DNA of 64,000 bases, taken from contig JABHBK010000057.1 in assembly GCA_018673915.1 (NCBI GenBank), positions 51 to 64,050 on the forward strand. Reading direction: 5' to 3'. The notes beneath the pieces are model-generated. The model was not told the DNA's origin, searched no databases, and saw nothing but the letters and a program-made list of their open reading frames with translations. Source of the DNA: Nitrospina sp. (GTDB lineage: Bacteria; Nitrospinota; Nitrospinia; Nitrospinales; VA-1). The translations under genes and the position numbers were made by a program. This document shows positions 7,826 to 17,430 of the stretch, piece by piece (the first letter of the stretch is position 1; every line of letters starts with the position of its first letter).

Positions 7826-9570
7826 TAGAGAAAAATCTCCATTTCTCTGGCCAATAATTGGTTCTGGAACAAGTTCGCATAGACCCCTTCTAACTTGACC
7901 AGCGAAGCATGGTTTCCCTGTTCAATAATTTGCCCCGCATCCATCACAATTATCCGATCCGCACGGCGTACAGCCGACAGCCTGTGGGAAATTATAAGAG
8001 TGGTAGTTTTGCTGAGCTGGCCTTGGACATTTTCAAAAATTTCTTCTTCTGTCTCTGAATCCAAATGTGAAAAGGCATCATCCAAAATCAGCAATTCTGG
8101 CTTCGTGATCAGAGCGCGAGCCAGAGCGATCCTTTGCTTTTGGCCTCCTGACAAGGAAACTCCACGTTCTCCAATTAATGTATCCAGTCTGTCCGGAAAC
8201 CGATCCACATCTTTACTCAATCCCGCAATACGAACAATTTCTTCCACTTCGCGTTCAGAGACAGAGGATCTTCCCAACACAATATTGTCACGTATAGAGG
8301 TGGAAAATAAAAACGGTTCCTGGCTTACATAACCTATTAAACCTCTTAAGTCCTGCAGAGGAATTTCTTTTATGGGACGATTCCCAATCAATAAAACTCC
8401 TGCGGTTGGATCATAAAAACGTAAAAGCATCTGAGTAAGAGTGGTTTTTCCTGAGCCAATCACACCTACCACCCCAACAGTCTGGCCTTGGGAAATTTTT
8501 AGATTAATCTGCTTCAAACCCAGTGATTCTTCAGCAGGGTAGGAAAAACTTACCTCTCGAAATTCAACGTCACCCATCTCTCCCACGAGGGTGGTTTCTT
8601 CAGATGGTAGTTTTAACTCTGACTGGGAAACAAAGATATCCTGAATACGACCCATGGCCGCCAATCCTTTCTGAGTAAGATTAAATACGTATCCAATTCC
8701 CATCATGGGCCATGAAAGAAGCATCAAATAACCATTAAACGCCACAAAAGATCCAAGCGTCATGGAACCAGAAATAACCGCCTTTCCTCCCATCCACAAA
8801 GAAAGCATAGCCGCCACCCCAATGACAAAAATCATAGTGGGCGTGAAAATCCCAAACATTCGAGTTACATGAAGATTTTTATTTATGTATTCTTTATTAA
8901 GCTGTTCAAATTTTATTTTTTCATTTTCTTCCTGAACAAAAGCATGGAGAACCCGAATTCCAGCAAGATTTTCCTGTACCTGCCCCGTTATTCGAGCCAA
9001 ATGCTCTTGCACTGCTTTATGGCGTTTTCCAATTTCTCTAACAAAATAAAAAAACAAAAACGAAACAAAAGGTAACGGGAGCAAAACCCTTAAAGCCAGA
9101 TCGAAATTCACCCAGCTCATCATACCCACGGCAGCAAAAATAACAAAAACCGCGTCTATAAGAATCAGCACACCTAAGCCAAAAAATTCCCTCACCGCCC
9201 GTAAATCATTTGTAGCTCGGGACATGAGATCCCCCGTATTTTGATTCAGGTACCATGTCCGGTCTAAAGTTAATAGATGTTTGAATAGCTGATTCAAGAT
9301 ATCAAATTCGATTTTTCGCGAAGGACCAAACATATACATCCTCCACCCATAACGGCCTGCGACAAGAACCAATGAGACCAAAAACAAAAGCAACACATAT
9401 TTAAAAAGAACTTGTGATGAAGGCTTTCCCGGCAAAATATCAATAAATTCCTTTATCAACCAGGGGACGGTCAATGTCATGGAATCTGCGATGATTAAAG
9501 CCGAAATCCCAATTAAAAATTCTCTGCGGTATTTCGATATATAAGGCCAGAATGATTTTAAATTATCCAA
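7825..9570 (-). CDS. ABC exporter, fused permease/ATPase (heterodimer partner A)
   Basis: 581 aa. Walker A GVIGSGKTT, signature LSGGQKQR, Walker B LLILDDAFS. Overlaps the downstream ABC gene by 1 nt. Confidence 0.9.
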   Translation of the reverse strand: MDNLKSFWPYISKYRREFLIGISALIIADSMTLTVPWLIKEFIDILPGKPSSQVLFKYVLLLFLVSLVLVAGRYGWRMYMFGPSRKIEFDILNQLFKHLLTLDRTWYLNQNTGDLMSRATNDLRAVREFFGLGVLILIDAVFVIFAAVGMMSWVNFDLALRVLLPLPFVSFLFFYFVREIGKRHKAVQEHLARITGQVQENLAGIRVLHAFVQEENEKIKFEQLNKEYINKNLHVTRMFGIFTPTMIFVIGVAAMLSLWMGGKAVISGSMTLGSFVAFNGYLMLLSWPMMGIGYVFNLTQKGLAAMGRIQDIFVSQSELKLPSEETTLVGEMGDVEFREVSFSYPAEESLGLKQINLKISQGQTVGVVGVIGSGKTTLTQMLLRFYDPTAGVLLIGNRPIKEIPLQDLRGLIGYVSQEPFLFSTSIRDNIVLGRSSVSEREVEEIVRIAGLSKDVDRFPDRLDTLIGERGVSLSGGQKQRIALARALITKPELLILDDAFSHLDSETEEEIFENVQGQLSKTTTLIISHRLSAVRRADRIIVMDAGQIIEQGNHASLVKLEGVYANLFQNQLLAREMEIFL

Positions 9571-9749
9571 TTTGAACCCTTTTCTTCTTACTTACCCGTG
9601 TTATTTTTCTAGTTCTTTGATGCCTTTTTAGCTAGAATAGATGCGGGTTTGAGTGAAATTATAACTATTGCAGTTAATACTCAAACCCTTCATCCAGAAT
9701 TTTCCATTAGACCTGCGATACCCTGAACGATCAAAAAGAAAGACGTCCT

Positions 9750-11180
9750 ATGTACGGAGTAATATTGGCCGGCGGAAGCGGCACCCGCTTTTGGCCTATA
9801 AGCCGCGAACAAAGCCCAAAACAATTGCAGGAAATCGTGGGTCCTGGGACAATGATCCAAAACACAGTTCAGCGCCTGTTACCCCTGATCCCCATTGAAA
9901 ATATATTTCTGGGAACCAATCACAAACAAGCGGTTGAAACCCTTCGCCAGCTGGACTCCTATAATTTCGTTGCAGACCATCTAATAGCAGAACCCTGCAG
10001 CAGAAATACCGCACTAGCTATCGGAGTTATGGCGCAATTGATGATCGATAAAGATCCTGATGCGATCATGGGTGTTTTTCCTGCTGACCATGTTGTAACG
10101 AACTCCGAGGCCTTTATCAAGGCCCTTCAAAAAGCAGAAACTATTGCCCAAAACGGTTATCTTGTTACCCTTGGCATTCCACCTACCCGACCTGAAACAG
10201 GATTTGGTTACTTGAAACAAGGAACGACGATAGAAAACATGGAAGGCGCTTACCATGTTGATAGGTTTGTGGAGAAACCCGACAATCATACAGCCAAACA
10301 ATATTTAGAGCAGGGTAATTATTATTGGAATTGTGGAGTCTTCGTCTGGAAGGCTGCCTCTATCCTGAAAGAAATGCAGCAGCATGCAAAAAATATATAT
10401 TCCCAACTCGAAACCATCGTGGGTTGCCTGCAGACTTCGCAGGGAAAACCCGGTTACCAGGAATTGAATAAAAAAGGTTGTGACCTTTTTTCGTCCCTGC
10501 CCAGCCTTTCCATCGACTATGCCGTCATGGAAAATTCATCCCAAGTAGTCTTCATACCCGCTGATATCGGCTGGAACGATGTAGGTTCCTGGAACGCCTT
10601 GGACGATGTATACGAAAAAGACTCCAGTGGAAATATCATCCATGGAAATGTTCTGGCCCACGATTGCAACAACTCCATAATTCAGGGACAGAAACGGCTT
10701 ATTGGGGTATTGGGTTTAACTGACACGGTAGTGGTGGACAGTCCCGATGCCCTTCTGGTCTGCTCCAAAGAACGCTCTCAGGATGTAAAAAAACTAGTAG
10801 AAGCACTCAACGAAAAGGGCCACCCAGAAGGAAAACAACCTAGTACAGTCAAAAGACCATGGGGATCCTACACCGTATTAGATTCAGGCCCCTCTTATTT
10901 ACTCAAACGTATCGAAGTTTTGCCTGGTGAGACACTCAGTCTGCAGTCCCATCAGCACCGCAGTGAACATTGGACTGTTGTCTCAGGTAACGCAGAAGTA
11001 GTTCGAGATCAAGAAACCTTCCATTTAAAAACCAATGATTCCATCACCATCCCCAAAAATGCCAAGCACCGCCTGGGAAATTCTGAATCAGACTTACTCA
11101 TAGTCATTGAAATTCAATTTGGTCAACACCTCGATGAAAACGATATTTCCCGGTTTGAGGACCGCTATGGCCGTTGCTGA
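9750..11180 (+). CDS. manC: mannose-1-phosphate guanylyltransferase / mannose-6-phosphate isomerase (type II PMI)
   Basis: 476 aa. N-terminal GGSGTRFWP nucleotidyltransferase motif. C-terminal cupin with SLQSHQHRSEHWTVVSG. Confidence 0.9.
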   Translation: MYGVILAGGSGTRFWPISREQSPKQLQEIVGPGTMIQNTVQRLLPLIPIENIFLGTNHKQAVETLRQLDSYNFVADHLIAEPCSRNTALAIGVMAQLMIDKDPDAIMGVFPADHVVTNSEAFIKALQKAETIAQNGYLVTLGIPPTRPETGFGYLKQGTTIENMEGAYHVDRFVEKPDNHTAKQYLEQGNYYWNCGVFVWKAASILKEMQQHAKNIYSQLETIVGCLQTSQGKPGYQELNKKGCDLFSSLPSLSIDYAVMENSSQVVFIPADIGWNDVGSWNALDDVYEKDSSGNIIHGNVLAHDCNNSIIQGQKRLIGVLGLTDTVVVDSPDALLVCSKERSQDVKKLVEALNEKGHPEGKQPSTVKRPWGSYTVLDSGPSYLLKRIEVLPGETLSLQSHQHRSEHWTVVSGNAEVVRDQETFHLKTNDSITIPKNAKHRLGNSESDLLIVIEIQFGQHLDENDISRFEDRYGRC

Positions 11181-11225
11181 CTCGCTACGAGTGAGGCCAG
11201 TAGCTATAATATTTTTCCTTAACCT

Positions 11226-12752
11226 TTATTTTTTGGGTAGGGAAATTAAAAAATAGTTCTTAATGGAGTTAGAGTCAACCAATCGGTTTGCATAGGCACT
11301 GGCCTGATTCTTGAGGAGGAATTGTCCGGCTCGAATTTTGTACCAATACCCTCCAGACCTTCGCGAGGCTTTCACCACATAAAGCCCTTCTACCCCTTTC
11401 TTCTTTAGACTCCGAATCATCTTATCCGCTTGTTTAGCAGAAATAACTGCGGCAATTTGAATGGTGTAAACCCGATCTTCCTTTTTTACCTGAGATGATT
11501 TTGCTTCAGTTACTGAGGGCGGCGAAGGTAAATCTTGCTTATTTTTTAAAGTCAGCTCACTCAAACTCAGAATCAGGATAATAGAAACTGAAAGAAGCGA
11601 AAAACTAATCAATTTTGCTCTAAACGAGAGATACCCAAACCGAATGAATCCTTCAAGAACCTGAAGGAGAATCCATTTGCATCCCATTAAAATTTTTCGA
11701 GCCAACCAACGTCCCCAACTTCCTAAAATTTTCATACGGCTTGCAACCAGCCCCATCTCTACTTTCAGACGCTTGAGATCTTGAAGGTCTTCCCGGCGGA
11801 ACAGCTTAACCCTTTTCATTTTTGAAGTGATTTGGTTTTCTTCTGACTGTCTTTTAATGCCTTCCCGCTGATCAGCATTCATGGCCTCAAATATTTCTCC
11901 GCATTTCTGGTGTAATGACGGAGCAACCCCGGAAAGATTGCCTTCAAAATAACTGCGGGCAAGGTGAGTTTTAATTTGCTCTTCCTCTTTAACAGAAAAT
12001 TTCAACGCAAACAGATAAAACCTTAGAGCTAACTCATCTGTTCTCTTGTGTAATAAGTAAATAGGAAGTGCAAATTGGATAATATCCTCTGAAAGCTCAC
12101 TCTGATTTTCCAAAGCACTCAAGAAAAGCAGCTCCACTTTTCCAGACCATTGCCCCGCCTTAAGAAATAGACCCGCCAAGTATTGCGTCAGAATAGGGTC
12201 ATGAATGTCTTCCTGTTGCACCATAATAAGAAGAAGGTCCATTTCCTCTGAGGTGAGCTCCCGACCTTGATTAAGAATAGCGAGGAGAGGCTTACGAAAG
12301 CGCGAATCCTTTGGGCTTTGCAAAAAAGCCTGTACATAAATATTTAAAGCCCTTGAGGTCTCATCTCCGATAGATAGCAGGTAATCTGCATACAACAGGA
12401 CCACGAGAATCCTGTATCGTTTTCCCGTATCAGGTAAAAAATAAGATGAGTAGGAAAAACTCAATAGATTTTCAAACTGGTTTTTAATATTTTCTGGTTC
12501 TGACTGAGGATCAACATTCTTAAGAGAATGTAGGGCATTAAAAAATCGCTGGTCACCCACCATGCCATACGCAATGAAACCAAAAAACAAACAGACCAGC
12601 ACAATGGTCCATTGGATCACCACATCATCGAACACAACGTTAGGAAGCGCCACCTCATGCAGAAAAAATAATACTGTAAAACCCAATCCAAATATGAGGA
12701 TTAGCGAAATGGCGATTCGGGCCAAATAAAATTTAAGGGTTTGGTACAACAT
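11226..12752 (-). CDS. membrane protein with C-terminal SPOR (peptidoglycan-binding) domain
   Basis: 508 aa. N-terminal TM helices, a central helical region and a further TM. C-terminal SPOR-like YTIQIAAV...GLYVVKA...YKIRAGQF. Start overlaps the PBP gene end by 20 nt. Confidence 0.6.
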   Translation of the reverse strand: MLYQTLKFYLARIAISLILIFGLGFTVLFFLHEVALPNVVFDDVVIQWTIVLVCLFFGFIAYGMVGDQRFFNALHSLKNVDPQSEPENIKNQFENLLSFSYSSYFLPDTGKRYRILVVLLYADYLLSIGDETSRALNIYVQAFLQSPKDSRFRKPLLAILNQGRELTSEEMDLLLIMVQQEDIHDPILTQYLAGLFLKAGQWSGKVELLFLSALENQSELSEDIIQFALPIYLLHKRTDELALRFYLFALKFSVKEEEQIKTHLARSYFEGNLSGVAPSLHQKCGEIFEAMNADQREGIKRQSEENQITSKMKRVKLFRREDLQDLKRLKVEMGLVASRMKILGSWGRWLARKILMGCKWILLQVLEGFIRFGYLSFRAKLISFSLLSVSIILILSLSELTLKNKQDLPSPPSVTEAKSSQVKKEDRVYTIQIAAVISAKQADKMIRSLKKKGVEGLYVVKASRRSGGYWYKIRAGQFLLKNQASAYANRLVDSNSIKNYFLISLPKK

Positions 12753-14817
12753 TTTTCTTTTCAGGTATTACGACGTTTTCGGATTTTTTTATAACGACCG
12801 GGTCAGGAAGAAGCCCTGTCTCATCGGGTTCCTGTTCGCCCGACAAAACGGCAGGCGGGGAAAGATCCACATCTTCTTTAACCGCAACTTGCAAAGTCTC
12901 CAGGGAAAATTCTTGAGCGAGATAACCCGTCTGCACATCTACAGTGGCAAATTTGATTTTTTCTGGAACGGGAAAATTTACCGGGTTTTTCCCTTCCAAC
13001 ACTTTTTGCATAAAATGCACCCATATAGGTGCGGCGGCACTGGCCCCAGTCAAACCTTTTCCCGATTTGGTCTTCATGGATTCATTATTATCAAAGCCCA
13101 CCCAGACGGAGGCAGAAATATCTTTTGTAAACGCATTAAACCATGCGTCTTTAAAATCGTTAGTCGTTCCCGTTTTACCTGCGGAAGGATGTTTGAAACC
13201 CATTTTCCGTACTATCCGGCCAGTCCCTCTTTGAATTACCCCCTGCATCATGTTCAGGAGCGGGAAAAGGGAATCGGGTAAAAATTGTTGCACACCCTGA
13301 TAGTAATGTTCAAAAAGCCTATTTCCTTGAAAGTCTTCAATGTGCTGAATCAAATAAGGCTCATTATATATTCCAAGATTAGCAATAACGCTATAGGCTG
13401 ATGCAACTTCATACGCAGAGAGACCGGATGTTCCTAAACCAAGAGAAAGGTTTTTACCTAAAGGGCTTTTAATACCAAATTTTCGTGCCGTACGAATCAC
13501 TTTCTCCGGACCAACCTCATTAATCAGTTTTGCGGAAATTATATTAATGGATTTCATCAGAGCTTTTTTTAGAATAATATTTCCAGCAAACTCTTCATCA
13601 AAATTCTTTGGACTCCAGGGTTCGCTACCGGGAATATCAATGGTCATAGGTTCATCCATCACCACTGTAGCGGGCGAATACCCCAGTTCTTCCATAGCAG
13701 TGAAATATACAAATGGCTTGAAGGAGGAACCAGGAAGACGATTATTCGACACCGCTCGATTAAATTGGCTATATGAGTAGTCTCTTCCCCCAAGCATGGC
13801 CCGTATGGCGCCACTTTTATTTTCTACCGCTACCAAAGCCGCTTGAAGAGGAGCCGCACCCCGCTTCTTGATAAGCCTATTTTCTAGAGCTTCCAAATGA
13901 TTCCGAGCACCTTTAAAAGCAAACTCCTGATATCGCGTATCCAAAGTAGTGAGAATTTTTAAGCCACCAAAATGAACAAACTCCTTTCCATAATCCCTCT
14001 CCAGTTGTTCAAGAACCTGATCCACGAAATAAAGATTAGGATCCGATTCTACCCGGGGATTCGCCAAATCAATATTTGACTTAAGAGCTGCTTTATTCTC
14101 TTCAACAGAAATAAGGCTTTCTGAAACCATTCTGTTTAAAACATATTTTGTTCTTTGCATTGCCCTTTCATAATGAGAGAAGGGATTAGCATTATTGGGA
14201 GAATTGGGGAGCCCCGCAAGCAGAGCCGCCTGGAGTAGGGTAAGATCCTTAGCCCGTTTTTTAAAATACACCTGCGCCGCTTCTTCCACACCATAAGCGC
14301 CACTACCAAAATATATCTGGTTGCAATAGGCTTCCAGAATCTGATCTTTATTGAAGGTCGCTTCAAGCTGGAAGGCAATCAAAAGCTCCTTGATCTTACG
14401 AACCCAGTTTCTCTCAAAAGAAAAAAACAGGTTTTTAGATAGCTGCTGAGTAATCGTACTTCCACCCTGCGCAATCCTCTTTTGGCGAATATTGGTCAAA
14501 AACGCACGCACTAACCCCCGATGGTCTATTCCGCTATGGCGATAGAACCGGGAATCTTCAACAGCAATAATGGCTTTTGTGAAAAAAGGTGAAATATCTT
14601 CCAAGACTATAGGATGCCTCTCACCAAGAATCTTAATCCGTTCACCATCCGAGGAATAGATTTCTGTAGGAAGACTTAGGTTTATTTGTTGAAGATTTTT
14701 AGGTAATTGAGGTAAATCCTGGTTTAGCCAGAAATAAAGGCCGCTCACAATCAGAACTACAACCAGAATTAAAGTTAGCAGTAAAAGATTTAAGGAATGG
14801 AGAAAGCGACCGATCAA
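12733..14817 (-). CDS. mrcA: penicillin-binding protein 1A (bifunctional glycosyltransferase/transpeptidase)
   Basis: 694 aa. TM anchor. GT51 motifs EDSRFYRHSGID and GGSTITQQ. Transpeptidase motifs SSFKP and KTGTTND. TTG start overlaps the upstream stop. Confidence 0.9.
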   Translation of the reverse strand: MIGRFLHSLNLLLLTLILVVVLIVSGLYFWLNQDLPQLPKNLQQINLSLPTEIYSSDGERIKILGERHPIVLEDISPFFTKAIIAVEDSRFYRHSGIDHRGLVRAFLTNIRQKRIAQGGSTITQQLSKNLFFSFERNWVRKIKELLIAFQLEATFNKDQILEAYCNQIYFGSGAYGVEEAAQVYFKKRAKDLTLLQAALLAGLPNSPNNANPFSHYERAMQRTKYVLNRMVSESLISVEENKAALKSNIDLANPRVESDPNLYFVDQVLEQLERDYGKEFVHFGGLKILTTLDTRYQEFAFKGARNHLEALENRLIKKRGAAPLQAALVAVENKSGAIRAMLGGRDYSYSQFNRAVSNNRLPGSSFKPFVYFTAMEELGYSPATVVMDEPMTIDIPGSEPWSPKNFDEEFAGNIILKKALMKSINIISAKLINEVGPEKVIRTARKFGIKSPLGKNLSLGLGTSGLSAYEVASAYSVIANLGIYNEPYLIQHIEDFQGNRLFEHYYQGVQQFLPDSLFPLLNMMQGVIQRGTGRIVRKMGFKHPSAGKTGTTNDFKDAWFNAFTKDISASVWVGFDNNESMKTKSGKGLTGASAAAPIWVHFMQKVLEGKNPVNFPVPEKIKFATVDVQTGYLAQEFSLETLQVAVKEDVDLSPPAVLSGEQEPDETGLLPDPVVIKKSENVVIPEKKNVVPNP

Positions 14818-15713
14818 GGAGTCTCTCCCGGTGAAGATGGAGATTCATCAGAGTTTGAACCTACTAGATCTGCTTTTTCAACTTGGGACATCATGTTATT
14901 TGCTAACCCTACTGCCACAGGAATCAAGAGGACCCCCGTGTAGTAATCGGTATCGTACTCAATTCCAAATAGCACATGTTGAGCCGGCTCCCCAGTAGGC
15001 GAATCCGAAACTCCCACACGGGTGACATGATAATTTTTTCCTAAAAACCAGCGAGGTTCCGGAAAAACTGCCTTTTGGGTCGTCGCATCCAGAGATTTTA
15101 AAACAGGAAGAAATTCGGAGATTGGGAAAATCCGGTTTGAGGGAAACTCCGCATCTTCAAGAGTTCCTCTTTTAACCGTCCGTGTAGCCTGAACCTCATA
15201 TAAAGTATCTATTGATAAAAACAACTCGTGAAGAGGAATATTTTGACGATCAATGAATTGCAAAGTGATCCAGGGACCGAATCGTTTCAAAAAAACTTTA
15301 TCCCAGTTTTTTCTCGAATCAAGCTCAACCAGATCGTAGGAAGAAATAATACGCTCTGACCATTGCCCCGGAAAATCATAATAAAGCTGGAGAAATTTTT
15401 CTCGTGAAATGATAAGAGGGAACCCAGGAGATAACCCTTCAAACAAATGTTTGAAGGAAGTAATTCCCAAAGCCGTTTCTCTCTGAAGGTTCAAAGAAGA
15501 ACGAATAGACTTTATTTTGGCTTGCGCAACCAGAGATTGTCGGTCCCGTTCCCACATTCTGCCTAACTGAGGCCTTTTGTGGTTTTGCCACTTTAAGTAA
15601 TAACCGACACTTTTTTCAAACAGGTTGGTATAGAACTCAAGGAAAAGAAACGCGGAAAGAACAATCAACATGGCTACGCCGTGCCATAATTTTCTGACAC
15701 CAGCAAATTTCAC
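14814..15713 (-). CDS. hypothetical membrane-anchored protein
   Basis: 299-aa ORF with one N-terminal TM (VAMLIVLSAFLFLEF). Translationally coupled to the PBP1A gene. No motif recognised. Confidence 0.5.
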   Translation of the reverse strand: MKFAGVRKLWHGVAMLIVLSAFLFLEFYTNLFEKSVGYYLKWQNHKRPQLGRMWERDRQSLVAQAKIKSIRSSLNLQRETALGITSFKHLFEGLSPGFPLIISREKFLQLYYDFPGQWSERIISSYDLVELDSRKNWDKVFLKRFGPWITLQFIDRQNIPLHELFLSIDTLYEVQATRTVKRGTLEDAEFPSNRIFPISEFLPVLKSLDATTQKAVFPEPRWFLGKNYHVTRVGVSDSPTGEPAQHVLFGIEYDTDYYTGVLLIPVAVGLANNMMSQVEKADLVGSNSDESPSSPGETP

Positions 15714-15719
15714 TTACTA

Positions 15720-16364
15720 TTATCTCACCGTGGTTTTATTAATGCCCTGGGTGAGCATTTTAAGCTTGTCTATCTTTTCTTGCAAAGCTTTTTTATCAAG
15801 CTTTTTCCTACCAGGTTTTCGCTTCTGCTTGGGTTGGCGTACTATACTCTGGTTAGATTTTTCGAGGCTATCTTCTTTTTTACTCCTGCCCAGTTGACCT
15901 TTCCCTGCTTTATGGGATGATTTATACGAAGCTTTTCCTAATTCTGCGATTTTACCCAAGTTGGATAAACAATCTTTTTGAAATTGGGGAGACATTTTTC
16001 TAAAAAGCGTTAACATCTTTCTTTCCGTATCCTCTAAAGTGATCAACTCCTGTCGAGAAGGGTTCTCAAATGTAACCCATCCTTCCTGAAAATCGACGGT
16101 ACTCACTTCAAGTGAGGTTAAATCCTTATTAATTTTCTGTAGCGGGGCAATATCATTCTTATCAACTTTGGAAGTCAATAATTGTTCCAAAGATATATTT
16201 CCCAGCCTGGCAATTTTGACAAGCACCGCGACTGGAGCATCCCTCTCACCCGCTTCATATCTAACGAATGTGCGGAACCCTACCTTAAGAATCCCCGACA
16301 TGATGGACTGAGTACAACCCAGTTCCTTTCGAATCATCTTTAGATTCTTTGCCAGAATCGACAT
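15720..16364 (-). CDS. XRE-family helix-turn-helix protein with lysine-rich C-terminal tail
   Basis: 214 aa. N-terminal HTH_XRE pattern (LKMIRKELGCTQSIMSGILKVGFRTFVRYEAGER). C-terminal K/R-rich tail. Ends 6 nt upstream of the next gene. Confidence 0.7.
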   Translation of the reverse strand: MSILAKNLKMIRKELGCTQSIMSGILKVGFRTFVRYEAGERDAPVAVLVKIARLGNISLEQLLTSKVDKNDIAPLQKINKDLTSLEVSTVDFQEGWVTFENPSRQELITLEDTERKMLTLFRKMSPQFQKDCLSNLGKIAELGKASYKSSHKAGKGQLGRSKKEDSLEKSNQSIVRQPKQKRKPGRKKLDKKALQEKIDKLKMLTQGINKTTVR

Positions 16365-16701
16365 CCAAACCCTCTAATAATTATAATTTACATCTAAATT
16401 CATTATATGCCTAGCATCCCGCTAAAACAATGCCGTACCTAAAGCATTCCAAATAACAGAAAAGCGTAGCCCACGAGATTATCACCAAGCGGATAAACAG
16501 GCTAGGAAAAAGACACCCTTCCACATATTTTATAAAACGTACTAGTATCCCTTATTTGCCAAGAGATTATAGCTTGAAGTATTAATTCAATATCATATTA
16601 AATTAGGGTCTCAAAAATAAAGCAATTTTTTGACGCTCAACAAACCCCTGTAACTACTTATTATTAAAAGGGAAACACAAGTTCATCGCAAAAAAATAGA
16701 A

Positions 16702-16717
16702 TGGCATAGGACTTGCT
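16702..16717 (+). promoter_or_regulatory. sigma-54 (-24/-12) promoter
   Basis: TGGCATaggacTTGCT matches the consensus TGGCAC-N5-TTGCW with correct GG-N10-GC spacing. The GC lies 45 nt upstream of the ATG at 16761. Confidence 0.6.
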
Positions 16718-16760
16718 ATTATAGCAATAAACACCTTTTAACTCTTTGGGAGAAACTAAT

Positions 16761-17156
16761 ATGGATTCCGATGCTTTTTTAGATCAGGAGTATGAGAACT
16801 TAAATGATGCCATTTTGCAGGCTATTTTGCTATCGAAAGATGTGCAGGATATCCTTGTTCGATTTAAAAAGCAGGGACAAATGAATGACAAGGCAGTTTT
16901 AAACCTGTTTCTGAGCCTGGAGGAACTTTATCAAATGATAGATGAAAATTCGACAAAAGCAGGCTCCTATAAATTAAAAGCAGAAACTTCAACCTCCGAA
17001 CATTCTATGGAAGAAAAGACAGAAATATCTTCTCCTAAAGAAGAAACCATCATAGATGGGAAATTATTGACTTCTAATGAAGTCCTTTTTGAAAAATATA
17101 CTCAGAAAAAATTCGATGAAACCGACTGGATGAAAAAAGCTCGCATCCGATTCTAA
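16761..17156 (+). CDS. hypothetical acidic protein
   Basis: 131 aa counted from the ATG at 16761, which follows a GGGAGA Shine-Dalgarno. The track ORF begins at an upstream TTG. No recognised motif. Confidence 0.5.
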   Translation: MDSDAFLDQEYENLNDAILQAILLSKDVQDILVRFKKQGQMNDKAVLNLFLSLEELYQMIDENSTKAGSYKLKAETSTSEHSMEEKTEISSPKEETIIDGKLLTSNEVLFEKYTQKKFDETDWMKKARIRF

Positions 17157-17182
17157 AATATTGGTCGGGTAAAACCTGAGGT

Positions 17183-17365
17183 CTACTTCTGGAAGATTTT
17201 TGCATCGCAGGATATATATTTGATCTGTTTGAGAGGAATCACAAAAATTTCCTCTGAGGTCGTCACCTCAAAAAGTTCTAGGTCATCACTGAAGCCATGC
17301 TTTAGTGTTGTGTCAAGAATTAGTTCCTGATTATCCACGAAAACTATTTTGAGCTGATACTGCAT
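17183..17365 (-). CDS. hypothetical small protein
   Basis: 60-aa ORF downstream of and co-directional with the radical SAM gene. AAGGG-type RBS. Confidence 0.35.
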   Translation of the reverse strand: MQYQLKIVFVDNQELILDTTLKHGFSDDLELFEVTTSEEIFVIPLKQIKYISCDAKIFQK

Positions 17366-17430
17366 TCTTATACCCTTTCTATTTTTTTAACCACGCTGTA
17401 AATATCTGCCACTCCTCATTTTTTCTGGAA

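Noticed and set aside
9668-9898. 76-aa ORF overlapping the manC start
   Set aside because: It begins inside the inverted-repeat region with a TTG, overlaps manC out of frame, and is basic and low-complexity.
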